Source: Bacilli bacterium
GTDB taxonomy: Bacteria; Bacillota_I; Bacilli_A; RFN20; CAG-826
Length of the DNA: 64,000 nt
NCBI GenBank assembly: GCA_024408085.1
Contig: JAKSVH010000004.1
Span: forward strand, 27,676 to 91,675
Direction: 5' to 3'
Position 1 is the first letter of the stretch. Each line of letters begins with the position of its first letter. Made by a program: the position numbers and the translations under genes. Shown piece by piece: positions 26,807 through 38,500 of this stretch. Below the pieces are notes generated by a model. That model did not search any database, was not told where the DNA came from, and saw only the letters and a list, made by a program, of their open reading frames with translations.

Positions 26807-28966
26807 ATGTCAAAAAAGGTTGTTTATCACATTTCTGGATTCGATTGCGCCAACTGTGCAGCTAAAGTTGAGCGCTATTTGAACAAACAAGAAATTATTC
26901 ACTCAGCAACAATCGATTTTTCGAATGAAAGGTTGTATATCAACTATAAGGATGAACCGCTTCAAACAGATGACTTAATTAAACTCATTAAAGAGGTTGA
27001 AGACGATCCATTAAGAATTGAAAAATTACAAGCCGGAAGAAACGTCAAAAATTCATTCCTTAATAAACACTTCTATTTCATGCTTGGAAGAATCGCTTTT
27101 TCCGCAATTTTAATGCTCGTCACAAGATTGGCAATTCCTGAAAATATGTACGTTTTGCAGGCGATTTTGTATGGAATTGCCGCATTTGTTTGCTTATATG
27201 ATATTGTTTGGAGAGTAATAAAAAACATCATAAAATTGCGCAATCCAATCGACATGAATTTGCTTTTAACATTGTCAACAGTTGGCGTTTTTACTCTTTC
27301 AATTTTAGTCACAAAAGGAGTAATGGAACCAGGTAATTTTGAAGTCGATTTGATGGACGGAGTAATGGTTATTGTTTTATTCCAAATCGGTGAATTATTT
27401 GAGCACATTGCAACCGGCAAATCAAAAGATGCAATTTCAAATGCAATTGACCTTCGTGCTGATACAGCAAACTTAATTACTGACAACAAAGTTGTAGAAG
27501 TAAAACCTGAAACACTTAAGGTTGGAGACAAAATCATTGTTAGAATTGGTGAAATTGTTCCAGCAGATGGAGAAATTATTGATGGACAAGGCACACTTGA
27601 TGTTTCTTCATTAACCGGCGAGCCAATGCCTGTTGATGCGCTTGTAGGTCACAATGCTTTAAGTGGATCAATTTTAAGAAGTGGTTCTATAACAATTAAG
27701 GTCAATAAAGTCTTTGCAGATTCAACCATTTCTAAGATTCTTGAACTTGTTCAATCAAGTGGTGAAAGAAAGGCAAAAGCTGAGAAATTCATTACAAAAT
27801 TCGCACGAATTTACACTCCAGTTGTATTTTTGACTGGTATTTTATTTGCCGTAATTAGTGGATTGGTTAGCCACATTTGGACCCAATCAATCTTTGGCGG
27901 TTTAGCCATTCTTGTTGTCTCTTGTCCATGTGCAATTGTTATTTCTGTTCCTCTTGCTTATTTCGCTGGAATTGGACTTGCATCACGTCGTGGTATTGTT
28001 ATCAAAGGTGCCAACTACTTAGATTCTCTTTGTAAAGTTGGAACTTTGTTTATAGATAAGACTGGAACTCTCACTTATGGAAATTTTGAAGTAAGCGAGT
28101 TAGTTCCAGTCGAAGTAAGTGAAAAAGAATTAGAGACTGCTCTATTAGCTGCAGAATCACGTTCTAATCACCCAATTGCTAAAGCAATATGTTTGCACAA
28201 AAACGTTTCTTCATTAGCTCTTTTACAAAAGAATTATGAGGAAGTTCCAGGTCTTGGGGTTAAGACTGAGTTTGAAGGGAATGTCATTTTAGCAGGCAAT
28301 GTTGATCTTCTTAAAAATGAAGGAATTGTTGTGAAAGAAGCTGATGTTGGTGGTACAGCAATTTATGTTGCAAAAAACGGAAAGTACATTGGTCATGTTG
28401 TGCTCAAAGATGTTGTTAGAGATAAAGCAAAATTATTGGTCAAAAAGTTAAACGAAATGGGCATTAAAATTGTCTTACTTTCTGGTGATAAAGAAACCAC
28501 AGTTAAAGAGGTTGCAGATGCCGTTGGAATCAAGGAATATCATGCCAAACTTTTACCTCAAGATAAGACAAAATATGTGGAAAAAGCTATAGATTTTGCT
28601 GAAAAAGGCCACTTAATTGCGTTTGCAGGCGACGGTATAAATGATACCCCATCAATCATCAGAGCAGACGTAGGTTTTGCTATGGGCGGAATCGGTTCTG
28701 ATGTTGCTGTAGAGAACTCTGATGTTGTCATTATGCAAGACCATCCATTAAAGATTTATGACTCAATCAAAATTGCAAAGAAAACAAAGTTCGTCGCAAT
28801 CTTTAATATTGTGTTCGCATTGCTTATTAAAGTAGTGGTCATCTCGTTAATTTTGGCTGACGTTTTAGGCAAGGCATCCATGCTCGTAGCCGTACTCGCA
28901 GACACAGGCTTAACCGTGCTCCTTACACTACATTCTTTATCATTAATTTATAGAAAAATTAAGTAA
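26807..28966 (+). CDS. cadA: P1B-type heavy-metal (Zn/Cd) translocating ATPase
   Basis: HMA motif GFDCANC, then TGE, SCPCA, DKTGT, HP and GDGIND. Start at ATG 26807 after GGAGG. Confidence 0.9.
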   Translation: MSKKVVYHISGFDCANCAAKVERYLNKQEIIHSATIDFSNERLYINYKDEPLQTDDLIKLIKEVEDDPLRIEKLQAGRNVKNSFLNKHFYFMLGRIAFSAILMLVTRLAIPENMYVLQAILYGIAAFVCLYDIVWRVIKNIIKLRNPIDMNLLLTLSTVGVFTLSILVTKGVMEPGNFEVDLMDGVMVIVLFQIGELFEHIATGKSKDAISNAIDLRADTANLITDNKVVEVKPETLKVGDKIIVRIGEIVPADGEIIDGQGTLDVSSLTGEPMPVDALVGHNALSGSILRSGSITIKVNKVFADSTISKILELVQSSGERKAKAEKFITKFARIYTPVVFLTGILFAVISGLVSHIWTQSIFGGLAILVVSCPCAIVISVPLAYFAGIGLASRRGIVIKGANYLDSLCKVGTLFIDKTGTLTYGNFEVSELVPVEVSEKELETALLAAESRSNHPIAKAICLHKNVSSLALLQKNYEEVPGLGVKTEFEGNVILAGNVDLLKNEGIVVKEADVGGTAIYVAKNGKYIGHVVLKDVVRDKAKLLVKKLNEMGIKIVLLSGDKETTVKEVADAVGIKEYHAKLLPQDKTKYVEKAIDFAEKGHLIAFAGDGINDTPSIIRADVGFAMGGIGSDVAVENSDVVIMQDHPLKIYDSIKIAKKTKFVAIFNIVFALLIKVVVISLILADVLGKASMLVAVLADTGLTVLLTLHSLSLIYRKIK

Positions 28967-28989
28967 AGTTAAATACAATGTATTTATAG

Positions 28990-29023
28990 AAAGTTTTGTT
29001 GGGTAATCTAGCAAAACTTTTTT
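28990..29023 (+). terminator. Rho-independent terminator
   Basis: Stem aaagttttgttgg/ctagcaaaacttt followed by a T run. Confidence 0.75.
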
Positions 29024-29032
29024 AAAATTTTC

Positions 29033-29061
29033 TTTACACGCACATACCTATCATATATAAT
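29033..29061 (+). promoter_or_regulatory. sigma-A promoter of rplK-rplA
   Basis: TTTACA-17 nt-TATAAT. Confidence 0.7.
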
Positions 29062-29109
29062 ACACACGCACTTTGTTCGCTGAATGAGAGAGCGCGCAAG
29101 TGTTATATA

Positions 29110-29157
29110 CGTATCGTGGAAGGACCAAACGATCGGTCCAAAATAGACCACGACACG
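29110..29157 (+). promoter_or_regulatory. L1-binding rplK leader RNA
   Basis: cGTGGAAGG-acc...ggtcc...GACCACg nested stem resembles the Firmicutes GTGGGAGG...ACCAC L1 site upstream of rplK. Confidence 0.7.
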
Positions 29158-29192
29158 GACAAATCTAAAGGAAGAAAAGGAGGAAATGTCAC

Positions 29193-29603
29193 GTGAGTAA
29201 AAGAATCGTCAAAGTTGTTAAGATGGAACTCCCAGGCGGCGAAGCTAAACCAGGACCAAAACTTGCTTCAGCAGGTGTCGTCATGCCAAAGTTCTGTACA
29301 GACTTTAATGCAAAGACTGCAGACAGAAAAGGCGAAATCGTTCCAGTCATTATTACAGCTTATGAAGACAAATCTCATGACTTTGTAATCAAGACTTCTC
29401 CAGTTGCAGGATTAATCCTTAAAGCAGCAGGTGTCAAAAAAGGTTCAGCAAACCCAAAAGTTATCGTTGGATCAATCACCAAAGCACAACTTAGAGAAAT
29501 CGCAGAATACAAGTTACCAGACCTTAACTGTGACGACGTTGAATCAGCAATGAAGATTGTTGAAGGTTCATGCCGTAACATGGGTATCTCAGTGAAAGAC
29601 TAA
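29193..29603 (+). CDS. rplK: 50S ribosomal protein L11
   Basis: Motifs FCTDFNAKT, PVIITAYEDKS, KAAGVKKGS and EIAEYK.PDLN; GTG start after AGGAGG. Confidence 0.97.
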   Translation: MSKRIVKVVKMELPGGEAKPGPKLASAGVVMPKFCTDFNAKTADRKGEIVPVIITAYEDKSHDFVIKTSPVAGLILKAAGVKKGSANPKVIVGSITKAQLREIAEYKLPDLNCDDVESAMKIVEGSCRNMGISVKD

Positions 29604-29605
29604 TT

Positions 29606-30286
29606 ATGAAATTCGGTAAGAACTACAAAAAGGTCGCAGAACTCGTAGATTCCACAAAGGTTTATTCCATTAAGGAAGCATGTGATCTTGTCAAGAAAAC
29701 ATCAACCGTCAAATTTGACGCAACAGTCGATGTCTCATTCCATTTTAATGTTGATACCACACAAGCAGATCAACAAATCAGAGGTACTCTCATACTCCCA
29801 AACGGAAACGGAAAGAGCAAAAAGATTTGCGCAATCACATCCAAGGTTGAGGATGCAAAAGCAGCCGGTGCGGATTTTGCCGGAGGCAAGGAATTAATTG
29901 AAAAAATCCAAAAAGAGAATTGGTTCGAATTCGATGTAATCGTCGCTACACCAGAAATGATGGGCGAACTTGGTAAAATTGCTCGTATTTTAGGTCCAAA
30001 AGGCTTAATGCCAAACCCAAAAGCAGGAACAGTTGCACCAGATATTGCTAAAGCAATCAAAGAATTCAAACTTGGAAAAGTTGAATACCGTCTCGATAAA
30101 GATGCAAATATGCATTTATCAATCGGTCGTGTTAGCTTCGACAGTGCCAAACTCGTAGAGAACCTTGAAGCATTAGTCTCAACACTCTTAAGAGTGAGAC
30201 CAGCTGCTGTAAAAGGTATCTACATCAAAAATGCCGTTGTACATACTACAATGGGCCCATCAATTCACTTCGCAATCGGCGAATAA
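29606..30286 (+). CDS. rplA: 50S ribosomal protein L1
   Basis: Motifs KFDATV, QIRGT..LPNG.GK, LGPKGLMPNPKAGTV and TTMGP. Confidence 0.97.
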   Translation: MKFGKNYKKVAELVDSTKVYSIKEACDLVKKTSTVKFDATVDVSFHFNVDTTQADQQIRGTLILPNGNGKSKKICAITSKVEDAKAAGADFAGGKELIEKIQKENWFEFDVIVATPEMMGELGKIARILGPKGLMPNPKAGTVAPDIAKAIKEFKLGKVEYRLDKDANMHLSIGRVSFDSAKLVENLEALVSTLLRVRPAAVKGIYIKNAVVHTTMGPSIHFAIGE

Positions 30287-30301
30287 TTGATTAACGAGCA
30301 C

Positions 30302-30378
30302 AATATATCTAAGACAGTAACGGCCACGGGGCTTAATAATGTTACCGAGGTGTATTAAAACCAATATATTGGAGCCTC
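30302..30378 (+). promoter_or_regulatory. L10 leader RNA
   Basis: ctaAGACAGTAac...TTAATaat-gtTACCGAGG motif upstream of rplJ, with a downstream gcctc complementary segment. Confidence 0.75.
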
Positions 30379-30409
30379 AAATTGACTATTAAAAAAAGGA
30401 GGTAGAACA

Positions 30410-30898
30410 ATGAATCAAGAAACTCTCAAGTCCAAGAAAGAGATCGTTGCTAAGATTTCCGATTCCTTCAAAGAATCAGCATCTATGACAATTGTCGAAT
30501 ACCGTGGATTAACAGTCGCTGAATTAAGCGAACTCAGAAAGCAACTTAAAGCCGTTGGTGCATCATTCAATGTTTACAAGAACACACTTGTTACAAAAGC
30601 AAGCGCAGATCTTGGTTACAGTGAACTTGACCAATACTTAACTGGTTCAAATGCCTACGTCTTCTCCAAAGAAATCAATGCTGGACCAAAAGTACTTGCA
30701 AAATTTGCTAAGAAAAATGAACTCTTAGTAATCAAAGCAGGTTTAGCTGAAGGTAAAGTCATGGATGCAGCAGGAATGAAGACAATTGCATCATTACCAG
30801 ACAAGAACGGTTTATTATCCATGTTCTTATCGTGCTTAAATGCACCTATCCAAAAATTCGCTGCTACAGTCAAAGCAGTTGCGGATAGCAAAAATTAA
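30410..30898 (+). CDS. rplJ: 50S ribosomal protein L10
   Basis: Motifs EYRGLTVAEL..LR, VYKNTL and ASLP. Confidence 0.96.
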   Translation: MNQETLKSKKEIVAKISDSFKESASMTIVEYRGLTVAELSELRKQLKAVGASFNVYKNTLVTKASADLGYSELDQYLTGSNAYVFSKEINAGPKVLAKFAKKNELLVIKAGLAEGKVMDAAGMKTIASLPDKNGLLSMFLSCLNAPIQKFAATVKAVADSKN

Positions 30899-30919
30899 TG
30901 CCTATAGGAGGAACTTATT

Positions 30920-31297
30920 ATGGCAAAGTTAACAAACGAAGAAATCATTGCTTCATTAAAGGAAATGTCAATCGTTGAATTAAACGATCTTGTCAAAGCC
31001 GTTGAAGCAGAATTTGGCGTCACTGCAGCAGTCGCAGCAGCAGGCCCAGCAGCAGCTCCAGCAGAAGAAGAAGCTGCAAAAGGACCAACAGACGTTACAT
31101 TAGTTCTTAAAGCATGCGGTATGCAAAAAGTCGCAGTCATCAAAGCAGTTCAAGCAATCACAGGTCTCGGACTTATGGATGCAAAGAAACTTGTTGATGG
31201 TGCACCATGCAACATTAAAGAACACATTTCACCAGTCGAAGCAGAAGAACACAAGAAAGCTCTTGTTGCTGCTGGTGCAGAAGTTGAAATTAAATAA
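30920..31297 (+). CDS. rplL: 50S ribosomal protein L7/L12
   Basis: Motifs [17 protein letters not shown], an Ala-rich hinge, KVAVIK and TGLGLMDAK. Confidence 0.97.
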   Translation: MAKLTNEEIIASLKEMSIVELNDLVKAVEAEFGVTAAVAAAGPAAAPAEEEAAKGPTDVTLVLKACGMQKVAVIKAVQAITGLGLMDAKKLVDGAPCNIKEHISPVEAEEHKKALVAAGAEVEIK

Positions 31298-31330
31298 TTT
31301 ATTTAATTCAATTCTTATCCGTATCTAAAG

Positions 31331-31930
31331 ATGTCTCATTATTTTGAAAATGATGAAACCTTGGAATCAAGTCCAAGAAATGTTTACTACGTCTTTAATG
31401 ACGTAAATTTCTCTTTAGAATCGGATACCGGTGTTTTTTCCAAGAATAAATTAGATAAGGGAAGTGAGCTTCTCATTGAGACGCTCCTTCCCCTTGATCT
31501 TGGATCAAACTTACTAGATCTTGGATGTGGAATAGGCCCGATAGGCTTAACATTGGCATATTTCCACCCAGGGTTAAACGTCACTTGTTCAGACGTTAAT
31601 ATGCGCGCGCTAGGCTTGTGTAAGCGCAACGCAGCCACGCTCAAGTTAGGCCAACGAGTCACTGTCCTTCAAAGTGACATCTATACAGAGATTGAAGGAA
31701 AATTCGATTCAATTGTGAGTAATCCACCTATTCGTGCTGGTAAAAGAGTTACCTACGAAATCTATAGAGGTGCATTATCTCATCTAGTTGATGGCGGTTC
31801 ACTTTATGTAGTTATAAGAAAGCAGCAGGGTGCGATGTCCGTAAAGACCTACCTAGAAGAGCTGTTTGGAAACGTAGCTGTTCTAGCTAGGGAAAAAGGT
31901 TATTACATCCTTAAAGCTTCAAAGAAGTGA
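31331..31930 (+). CDS. Class I SAM methyltransferase (RsmC/YbxB-like)
   Basis: Motifs MSHYF, GVFSK..LD.GS, LDLGCG.G, NPPIRAGK and KQQGA; conserved rplL-ybxB-rpoB position. Confidence 0.9.
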   Translation: MSHYFENDETLESSPRNVYYVFNDVNFSLESDTGVFSKNKLDKGSELLIETLLPLDLGSNLLDLGCGIGPIGLTLAYFHPGLNVTCSDVNMRALGLCKRNAATLKLGQRVTVLQSDIYTEIEGKFDSIVSNPPIRAGKRVTYEIYRGALSHLVDGGSLYVVIRKQQGAMSVKTYLEELFGNVAVLAREKGYYILKASKK

Positions 31931-31950
31931 ATTGAAAGGAGCCAATTTAT

Positions 31951-34900
31951 ATGAGCAAATCATACAAGGATTACCCAGTACTTCCAACCGGTAGAATTAA
32001 CTTCTCCAAAATTTCAGGAAGTCTTGAGTTACCAAATCTTGTAGAAATTCAAACAGATTCCTACAAATGGTTCTTAGAAAAAGGCATTCAAGAAGTCATG
32101 AACGAAGTCTTCCCAATTGCCTCTTACACAGAAACATCATTTATTGATTTCATTTCTTGTGAGTTAAGAGAACCAAAGTATTCATACTTAAAATGTAAGG
32201 AACACGATTACACTTACTCATCAAAACTTTACGTTAAATTACGTTTACGTAACGTTGGTGATGGTGAAATGAAGGAAGAAGAAGTCTTCATGGGTGATAT
32301 CCCACTTATGACTGAATCTGGAACATTCATCGTCAATGGTGCAGAAAGAGTTATTGTTTCCCAAATCGTTCGTTCACCAGGTGCATACATTTCAACTGAA
32401 ATGGATAAATCCGGCAAGATGATTTACAATGCCGACTTAATCCCATCACGTGGCACATGGTTAGAATTCGAAACTGATCAAAAAGGATTAATTAATGTCC
32501 GCATCGACCGTCAAAAGAAGATGCCAGCAACCATTATTCTTAAAGCTTTAGGTCTTGATGATCCAAAGATGTTAAGAAAACTTTTTGGTAGAAATGAAAT
32601 GCTTGAAGCAACAGTTGAAAAGGACAAAGACATTGTCACTCCATTTGATGCTTTAGTTTACATTTTCAAGAAGTTAAAACCAGGCGAGCCAATTACTCCA
32701 GAAGGTGTTGCAAACTTCTTAATCCAAAAATTCTTTGATCACAAACGTTATGACTTAGGTAGAGCCGGACGTTATAAATATCGTAGCAAACTCGGTATCT
32801 ATAACCGTTTAGCAGGTCGTTACCTTGCAGAGAATTTAGTCTCCGCAGATGGCGAAATTGTTAAGATGAAAGGCGAATACATTTCCAAGTCAGACGTCTT
32901 ACACCTCATGGATGAAGAATTCTTTGAAAAAGGAGCCCATGAGACAACAATTAAAGCAAATAAAGCCCTTATTGAAGCACTTGATAGAGCTGCTCCAAAA
33001 GGTAAAGCTGATCCAGAAATCGCTCAAGGATTCTCTGGTAAAGTCAATATGGTTAAAGTCTACGTCGATGAAAAGATGGATGAAGTCCAAAACGTCGTCG
33101 GTACAGATCTTAACCTCACAGTTGAATGTCTCACATTCTCCGATATCATTGCTATTTTCTCTTATTTAATGAATATTATGGCAGGATTCGGTGATGTCGA
33201 TGATATTGATAACCTTGGCAACAGACGTATTCGTTGTGTTGGTGAATTAATTCAAACACAATTTAGAATTGGTCTTACCAAGATGGTCAAAACCGTTCAA
33301 CAAAAGATGTCCATTTCTGATATGAAGACTTCTTCAATTAAATCATTAATGAACATCAAACCATTAACATCCACAATCCGTGAATTCTTTGCAAGTTCAC
33401 AACTTTCACAATTCATGGATCAAACAAACCCACTTTCAGAGTTAGCAAATAAACGTCGTATTTCCGCTTTAGGTCAAGGCGGTATTACCCGTGATAGAGC
33501 ATCTATGGCTGTCCGTGACGTTCACCCAACACACTACGGTCGTATTTGTCCAATTGAAACTCCAGAAGGTCAAAACATTGGTCTTATTAATAACTTAGCT
33601 ACATACGCAAAAGTTAACCAATACGGATTTATTGAAACTCCATACCGTGTTGTTGAAAAAGGCGGTAAAGTCACAGACAAGTCTGTCTATTTATCAGCAG
33701 ATATGGAACGCGATCACTATATCGCACAAGCTAACGTTAAGATTGACGAAAACGGATTCATCAAAGATGAAGAAGTTGTCGCACGTCACAATGGCGAAAA
33801 CGTTTTAGTTTCACCAGAATTAATTGACTACATCGACGTTAGTCCAAAACAAATCGTTTCTATTGCTGCTGCATGTATTCCATTCCTTGAGAACGACGAC
33901 GCAAAGCGTGCTCTTATGGGTGCTAACATGCAACGTCAAGCCTTACCACTTCTCCGTCCAGAAGTTCCATATGTTGGAACAGGCGTTGAACACAGAGTCG
34001 CAAAAGATGCAGGTTTAGCAGTTATTTCTGCATCAGAAGGTACTGTTGAATACGTCGATTCAAGACAAATTGTTGTCAAAGAAGCAAAAGGCAAACGTGT
34101 CTATGATTTACAAAAATTCCAACGTTCAAATCAAGGCACATGTATTAACCAACACGCTATCGTCAAAGTTGGCGATAAAGTTAAACCAGGCGATGTAATC
34201 GCAGATGGTCCATCCATGAAGAATGGTGACCTTGCATTAGGTCAAAACGTTACCATCGCATTTATGACCTGGGATGGTTATAACTACGAAGACGCTGTCA
34301 TTATGTCTGAGCGTCTTGTCAAAGATGATGTCTATACAACAATCCACATCGAAGAATACACAATTGATTGCCGTGACACAAAACTTGGTCCAGAGGAAAT
34401 TACTCGTGATATTCCAAACGTTTCCGAAGAAGCACGTGCTTACTTAGATGAAAACGGCATTATTCTTAAAGGTGTTGAAGTTAAAGAAGGCGACATTCTT
34501 GTTGGTAAAACAACTCCAAAAGGACAAAGTGAACCAACTCCAGAAGAAAAACTTCTCATGGCCATCTTTGCTGAAAAGACAAAAGATACAAAGGATTCCT
34601 CATTACGTGTCCCACACGGTGGTGCAGGTATCGTTGTAGATGTTAAGATCGCTACAAGAGAAAATGGCGATGAACTCCCTCCAGGAGTTAAGAAATCCGT
34701 TAGAGTTTATATCGCTCAAAAGAGAAAAATCTCTGAAGGTGATAAGATGTCAGGACGTCACGGTAACAAAGGTGTTATTTCACGTATTCTTCCAGTCGAA
34801 GATATGCCATACCTTGCCGATGGTACTCCAGTTGACATTATGTTAAACCCACTCGGTGTTCCATCTCGTATGAACATCGGTCAGATTCTCGAAATTCACT

Positions 34901-35571
34901 TAGGTCTTGCTTGCCAAAAACTTGGTATTAAGATTGCTACACCAGTTTTCGACGGTATTAGCAACGAAGAAATCTATGATTTAATGGATAAAGCTGGACT
35001 TGATAAAGATGGTAAGACCGTCTTATACGATGGCCGTACTGGTGAAAGATTCGATGAAAGAATCTCCGTTGGCGTTATGTATATGATTAAGCTCGTCCAC
35101 ATGGTTGATGATAAGATTCACGCCCGTGCAACAGGACCATACAGCTTAGTTACACAACAACCACTCGGTGGTAAAGCTCAAAACGGTGGTCAAAGATTCG
35201 GTGAAATGGAAGTCTGGGCTCTTGAAGCTTATGGTGCTTCCCACACATTACAAGAAATCTTAACCATTAAATCCGATGATAGAGTCGGTCGTAGAAAAAC
35301 CTACGAAGCAATTATTAAAGGACAAGACATTCCTGAACCAGGCATTCCTGAGGCATTCAATGTTCTTGTTAAGGAATTAAGCGCACTTTGTATGGATGTT
35401 AGACTTGTCGACAAAGACGGTCATAAGATCGATACTGAAGCCCTCGCAAGAGAAGCTCAAAAAGAAGAGCGTAAGATTAATTCATCTATTCGTAACCTCA
35501 CTGGTGAAAACCACAGTGATGAACTCGGTATTGTTAGCGATGAAGATGCTAACGAATACCTCGAGAAATAA
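31951..35571 (+). CDS. rpoB: RNA polymerase beta subunit
   Basis: Motifs [34 protein letters not shown] and GGQRFGEME. Confidence 0.99.
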   Translation: MSKSYKDYPVLPTGRINFSKISGSLELPNLVEIQTDSYKWFLEKGIQEVMNEVFPIASYTETSFIDFISCELREPKYSYLKCKEHDYTYSSKLYVKLRLRNVGDGEMKEEEVFMGDIPLMTESGTFIVNGAERVIVSQIVRSPGAYISTEMDKSGKMIYNADLIPSRGTWLEFETDQKGLINVRIDRQKKMPATIILKALGLDDPKMLRKLFGRNEMLEATVEKDKDIVTPFDALVYIFKKLKPGEPITPEGVANFLIQKFFDHKRYDLGRAGRYKYRSKLGIYNRLAGRYLAENLVSADGEIVKMKGEYISKSDVLHLMDEEFFEKGAHETTIKANKALIEALDRAAPKGKADPEIAQGFSGKVNMVKVYVDEKMDEVQNVVGTDLNLTVECLTFSDIIAIFSYLMNIMAGFGDVDDIDNLGNRRIRCVGELIQTQFRIGLTKMVKTVQQKMSISDMKTSSIKSLMNIKPLTSTIREFFASSQLSQFMDQTNPLSELANKRRISALGQGGITRDRASMAVRDVHPTHYGRICPIETPEGQNIGLINNLATYAKVNQYGFIETPYRVVEKGGKVTDKSVYLSADMERDHYIAQANVKIDENGFIKDEEVVARHNGENVLVSPELIDYIDVSPKQIVSIAAACIPFLENDDAKRALMGANMQRQALPLLRPEVPYVGTGVEHRVAKDAGLAVISASEGTVEYVDSRQIVVKEAKGKRVYDLQKFQRSNQGTCINQHAIVKVGDKVKPGDVIADGPSMKNGDLALGQNVTIAFMTWDGYNYEDAVIMSERLVKDDVYTTIHIEEYTIDCRDTKLGPEEITRDIPNVSEEARAYLDENGIILKGVEVKEGDILVGKTTPKGQSEPTPEEKLLMAIFAEKTKDTKDSSLRVPHGGAGIVVDVKIATRENGDELPPGVKKSVRVYIAQKRKISEGDKMSGRHGNKGVISRILPVEDMPYLADGTPVDIMLNPLGVPSRMNIGQILEIHLGLACQKLGIKIATPVFDGISNEEIYDLMDKAGLDKDGKTVLYDGRTGERFDERISVGVMYMIKLVHMVDDKIHARATGPYSLVTQQPLGGKAQNGGQRFGEMEVWALEAYGASHTLQEILTIKSDDRVGRRKTYEAIIKGQDIPEPGIPEAFNVLVKELSALCMDVRLVDKDGHKIDTEALAREAQKEERKINSSIRNLTGENHSDELGIVSDEDANEYLEK

Positions 35572-35589
35572 GGAAAGGAGATTTAGATT

Positions 35590-38500
35590 ATGTTTGACGT
35601 TTCAAAATTAGCTGGAATTCAAGTTGGTCTTGCTTCTCCTGACCGTATTCGTGAGTGGTCACATGGTGAAGTTACCAAACCAGAAACAATTAACTACCGT
35701 TCACAAAAACCAGAAATGCAAGGCTTATTCTGTGAAAAAATCTTTGGACCTTCCAAGGACTATGAATGTCACTGTGGTAAGTATAAAAAGATCAGATACG
35801 CAGGCATGGTTTGTGAAAAGTGTGGTGTCGAAGTTATTTCTAAAGATGTTCGTAGAGAAAGAATGGGTCACATTGAACTTGTTTCTCCATGTACCCACAT
35901 CTGGTACCTCAAAGGTATTCCTTCAAGAATTTCTTTAATTCTCGACATTCCTCCAAAACAACTCGAAGAAGTTGTCTACTTCGTATCACATATCTGCTTA
36001 AATCCAGGTAACTCAAAAGTATTAAAATACCGCGAATTCCTTGATGAAAAGACCGCAAGAGATGTATTTATTGCAGTCATCCAAGAAATTACTCCATTAA
36101 TTGAACCAGGTTCACTTGATGCAGAAAAAGCAGAAGATATGGTTAAGAAACTTGCTCTTCCACAAGAACCATTTGATTTCTTAACAACAGCAAGATTCAT
36201 TAGCAAATACACCGGCGCTGAATTCGGCGAAGGTGCAGAAGCAGTGAAGAGACTCTTAAAAGAAGTCAATCTTGAAGAAGATTTCTTAAAAGTTTCTGAA
36301 GAAGTTAAAACCTCAACTGGACAAAAACGCACCAAAGCCATCAAGAGACTTGAAGCAATTCAAGCCTTCAGACAATCTGACAACAAGCCAGAATGGATGG
36401 TTCTTGATGTTATTCCAGTTATTCCACCAGATCTACGTCCAATGCTTCAACTCGACGGTGGACGTTTCGCAGCATCTGACTTAAACGATCTCTATCGTAG
36501 AGTCATCATGCGTAACACACGTCTTAAAAAGTTCATTGATATTAACGCACCAAACGTTATCTTAATGAACGCACGCCGTATGCTTCAAGAAGCAGTTGAT
36601 GCCTTAATTGATAACGGTCGTAGAAATAAACCAGTTCAAGGTCCATCTGGAAGACCACTCAAATCCTTAAGCTCAAGCTTAAAGGGTAAACAAGGTCGTT
36701 TCAGACAGAACTTACTCGGTAAACGTGTCGACTATTCAGGTCGTTCCGTTATTGCCGTTGGACCAGATCTTAAGATGTATCAATGTGGACTTCCACGTGA
36801 AATGGCTATTTCACTCTTACGCCCATACATTGCAAACCTTTTAATTAAACGCGGATACGTGAGCGCACATAAAGCAGCCGATAGAATTATTGATGCTCGT
36901 GAACCAATCGTATTCGACATTGTCGAAGAGATTATTAGCGATCACCCAGTTCTTCTTAACCGTGCTCCTACACTTCACCGTCTTGGTATTCAAGCATTCC
37001 AACCAAAACTTGTTGATGGACGTGCAATTCGTCTTCACCCACTTGTTTGTACAGGATTCAACGCTGACTTCGATGGTGACCAAATGGCCGTTCACCTTCC
37101 ACTTTCAAAAGCAGCACAACAAGAAGCTCTTAATTTGATGCTTGCATCAAACAACATTCTTGGTCCTAAAGATGGAAAACCAATCGTTACACCATCTCAA
37201 GACATGGTTTTAGGTAACTATTACTTAACACTTGAAGAAACAAAAGAGGACTTACTTGCCCGTGCAGGTCGTAGAAAAGACCGTGGCGATATGGAAGAAT
37301 ATGAGCTCTTTACCATTTATGGTAATTGTGAAGCTAAAGTCTTCAAATCTGTTGATGAAGTTATCGCAGCTTACCAAACAAAGCAAGCTCACCTTCATAC
37401 CAGAATCGCTATTAAGGGTGCTGCATTAAAGAAGACAGGCTTCACCGAAGAAATGAATAAGTCCTACTTACTCACAACTGTCGGTAAAGTTATCTTCAAC
37501 CTTATCTTCCCAGCAGAATTCCCATTCTTAAATGACTCAAATAAGAAAGAAAACCTCAAAGGCGATCTTCCAGAGTACTTTGTTCCAATGGGAACAAACT
37601 TAAGGGAAGCAATTCACAACGCTCCAATCCGTGCTCCATATAAGAAGAAACACCTTGGACAAATCATTGATGAAATTTACCATAGATATGGTACTTCAAA
37701 GACATCAGCTGTCCTTGATAAGATGAAAGACCAAGGCTTTAAGTATTCTACATGCGCAGGATTTACAATTTCTCTTAGCGATATTCCAATGCTTAAAGGC
37801 AAAGACGAAATCGTTAAGAAAGGCGATGTTGAAGTCGATAAGATCAATAGACTTTATTCTAAAGGTCTTCTTACTAAAGAAGAACACCATAAGGAAATCG
37901 TTGATATTTGGACAAAAGTTCGTGATGAAGCTAAGGATAAACTTACAGTTCAATTCGAAGCTGATAGACGTAACCCAATCTTCATGATGTCCGATTCCGG
38001 TGCTCGTGGTAACATTGGCAATATTCTTCAACTTTCCGGTGTTCGTGGCCTTATGGCTAACCCAAAGGGTGAAGAAATTGAAACCCCAGTTAAATCATGT
38101 TTCCGTGAAGGTGCTTCTGTTTCCGAGTTCTTTATTGCTACTCACGGTGCCCGTAAGGGTGGTGCTGATACAGCCTTAAAGACAGCTGACTCAGGTTATC
38201 TTACACGTAGACTTGTTGACGTCTCACAAGACGTTATCGTTAGAGAAGATGATTGTGGTACTGACCATGGCTTCGTTGTCTTCGAAATTAGAGATAGTTC
38301 ACGCGACAGCGTAATTGTCCCACTTGAAGATAGACTTGCTGGTAGATTCTCACTTAGAGCAATCTGCGATCCAAAATCAGGCGAAGTTATTGTTCCAGCT
38401 AACACAATGATCAGCGAAAACGATGCTAAAGCAATCGTTAAAGCAGGCATTAAAGAAGTTGAAATCCGTTCATTATTCGGATGTGAAACCAAAAATGGTG

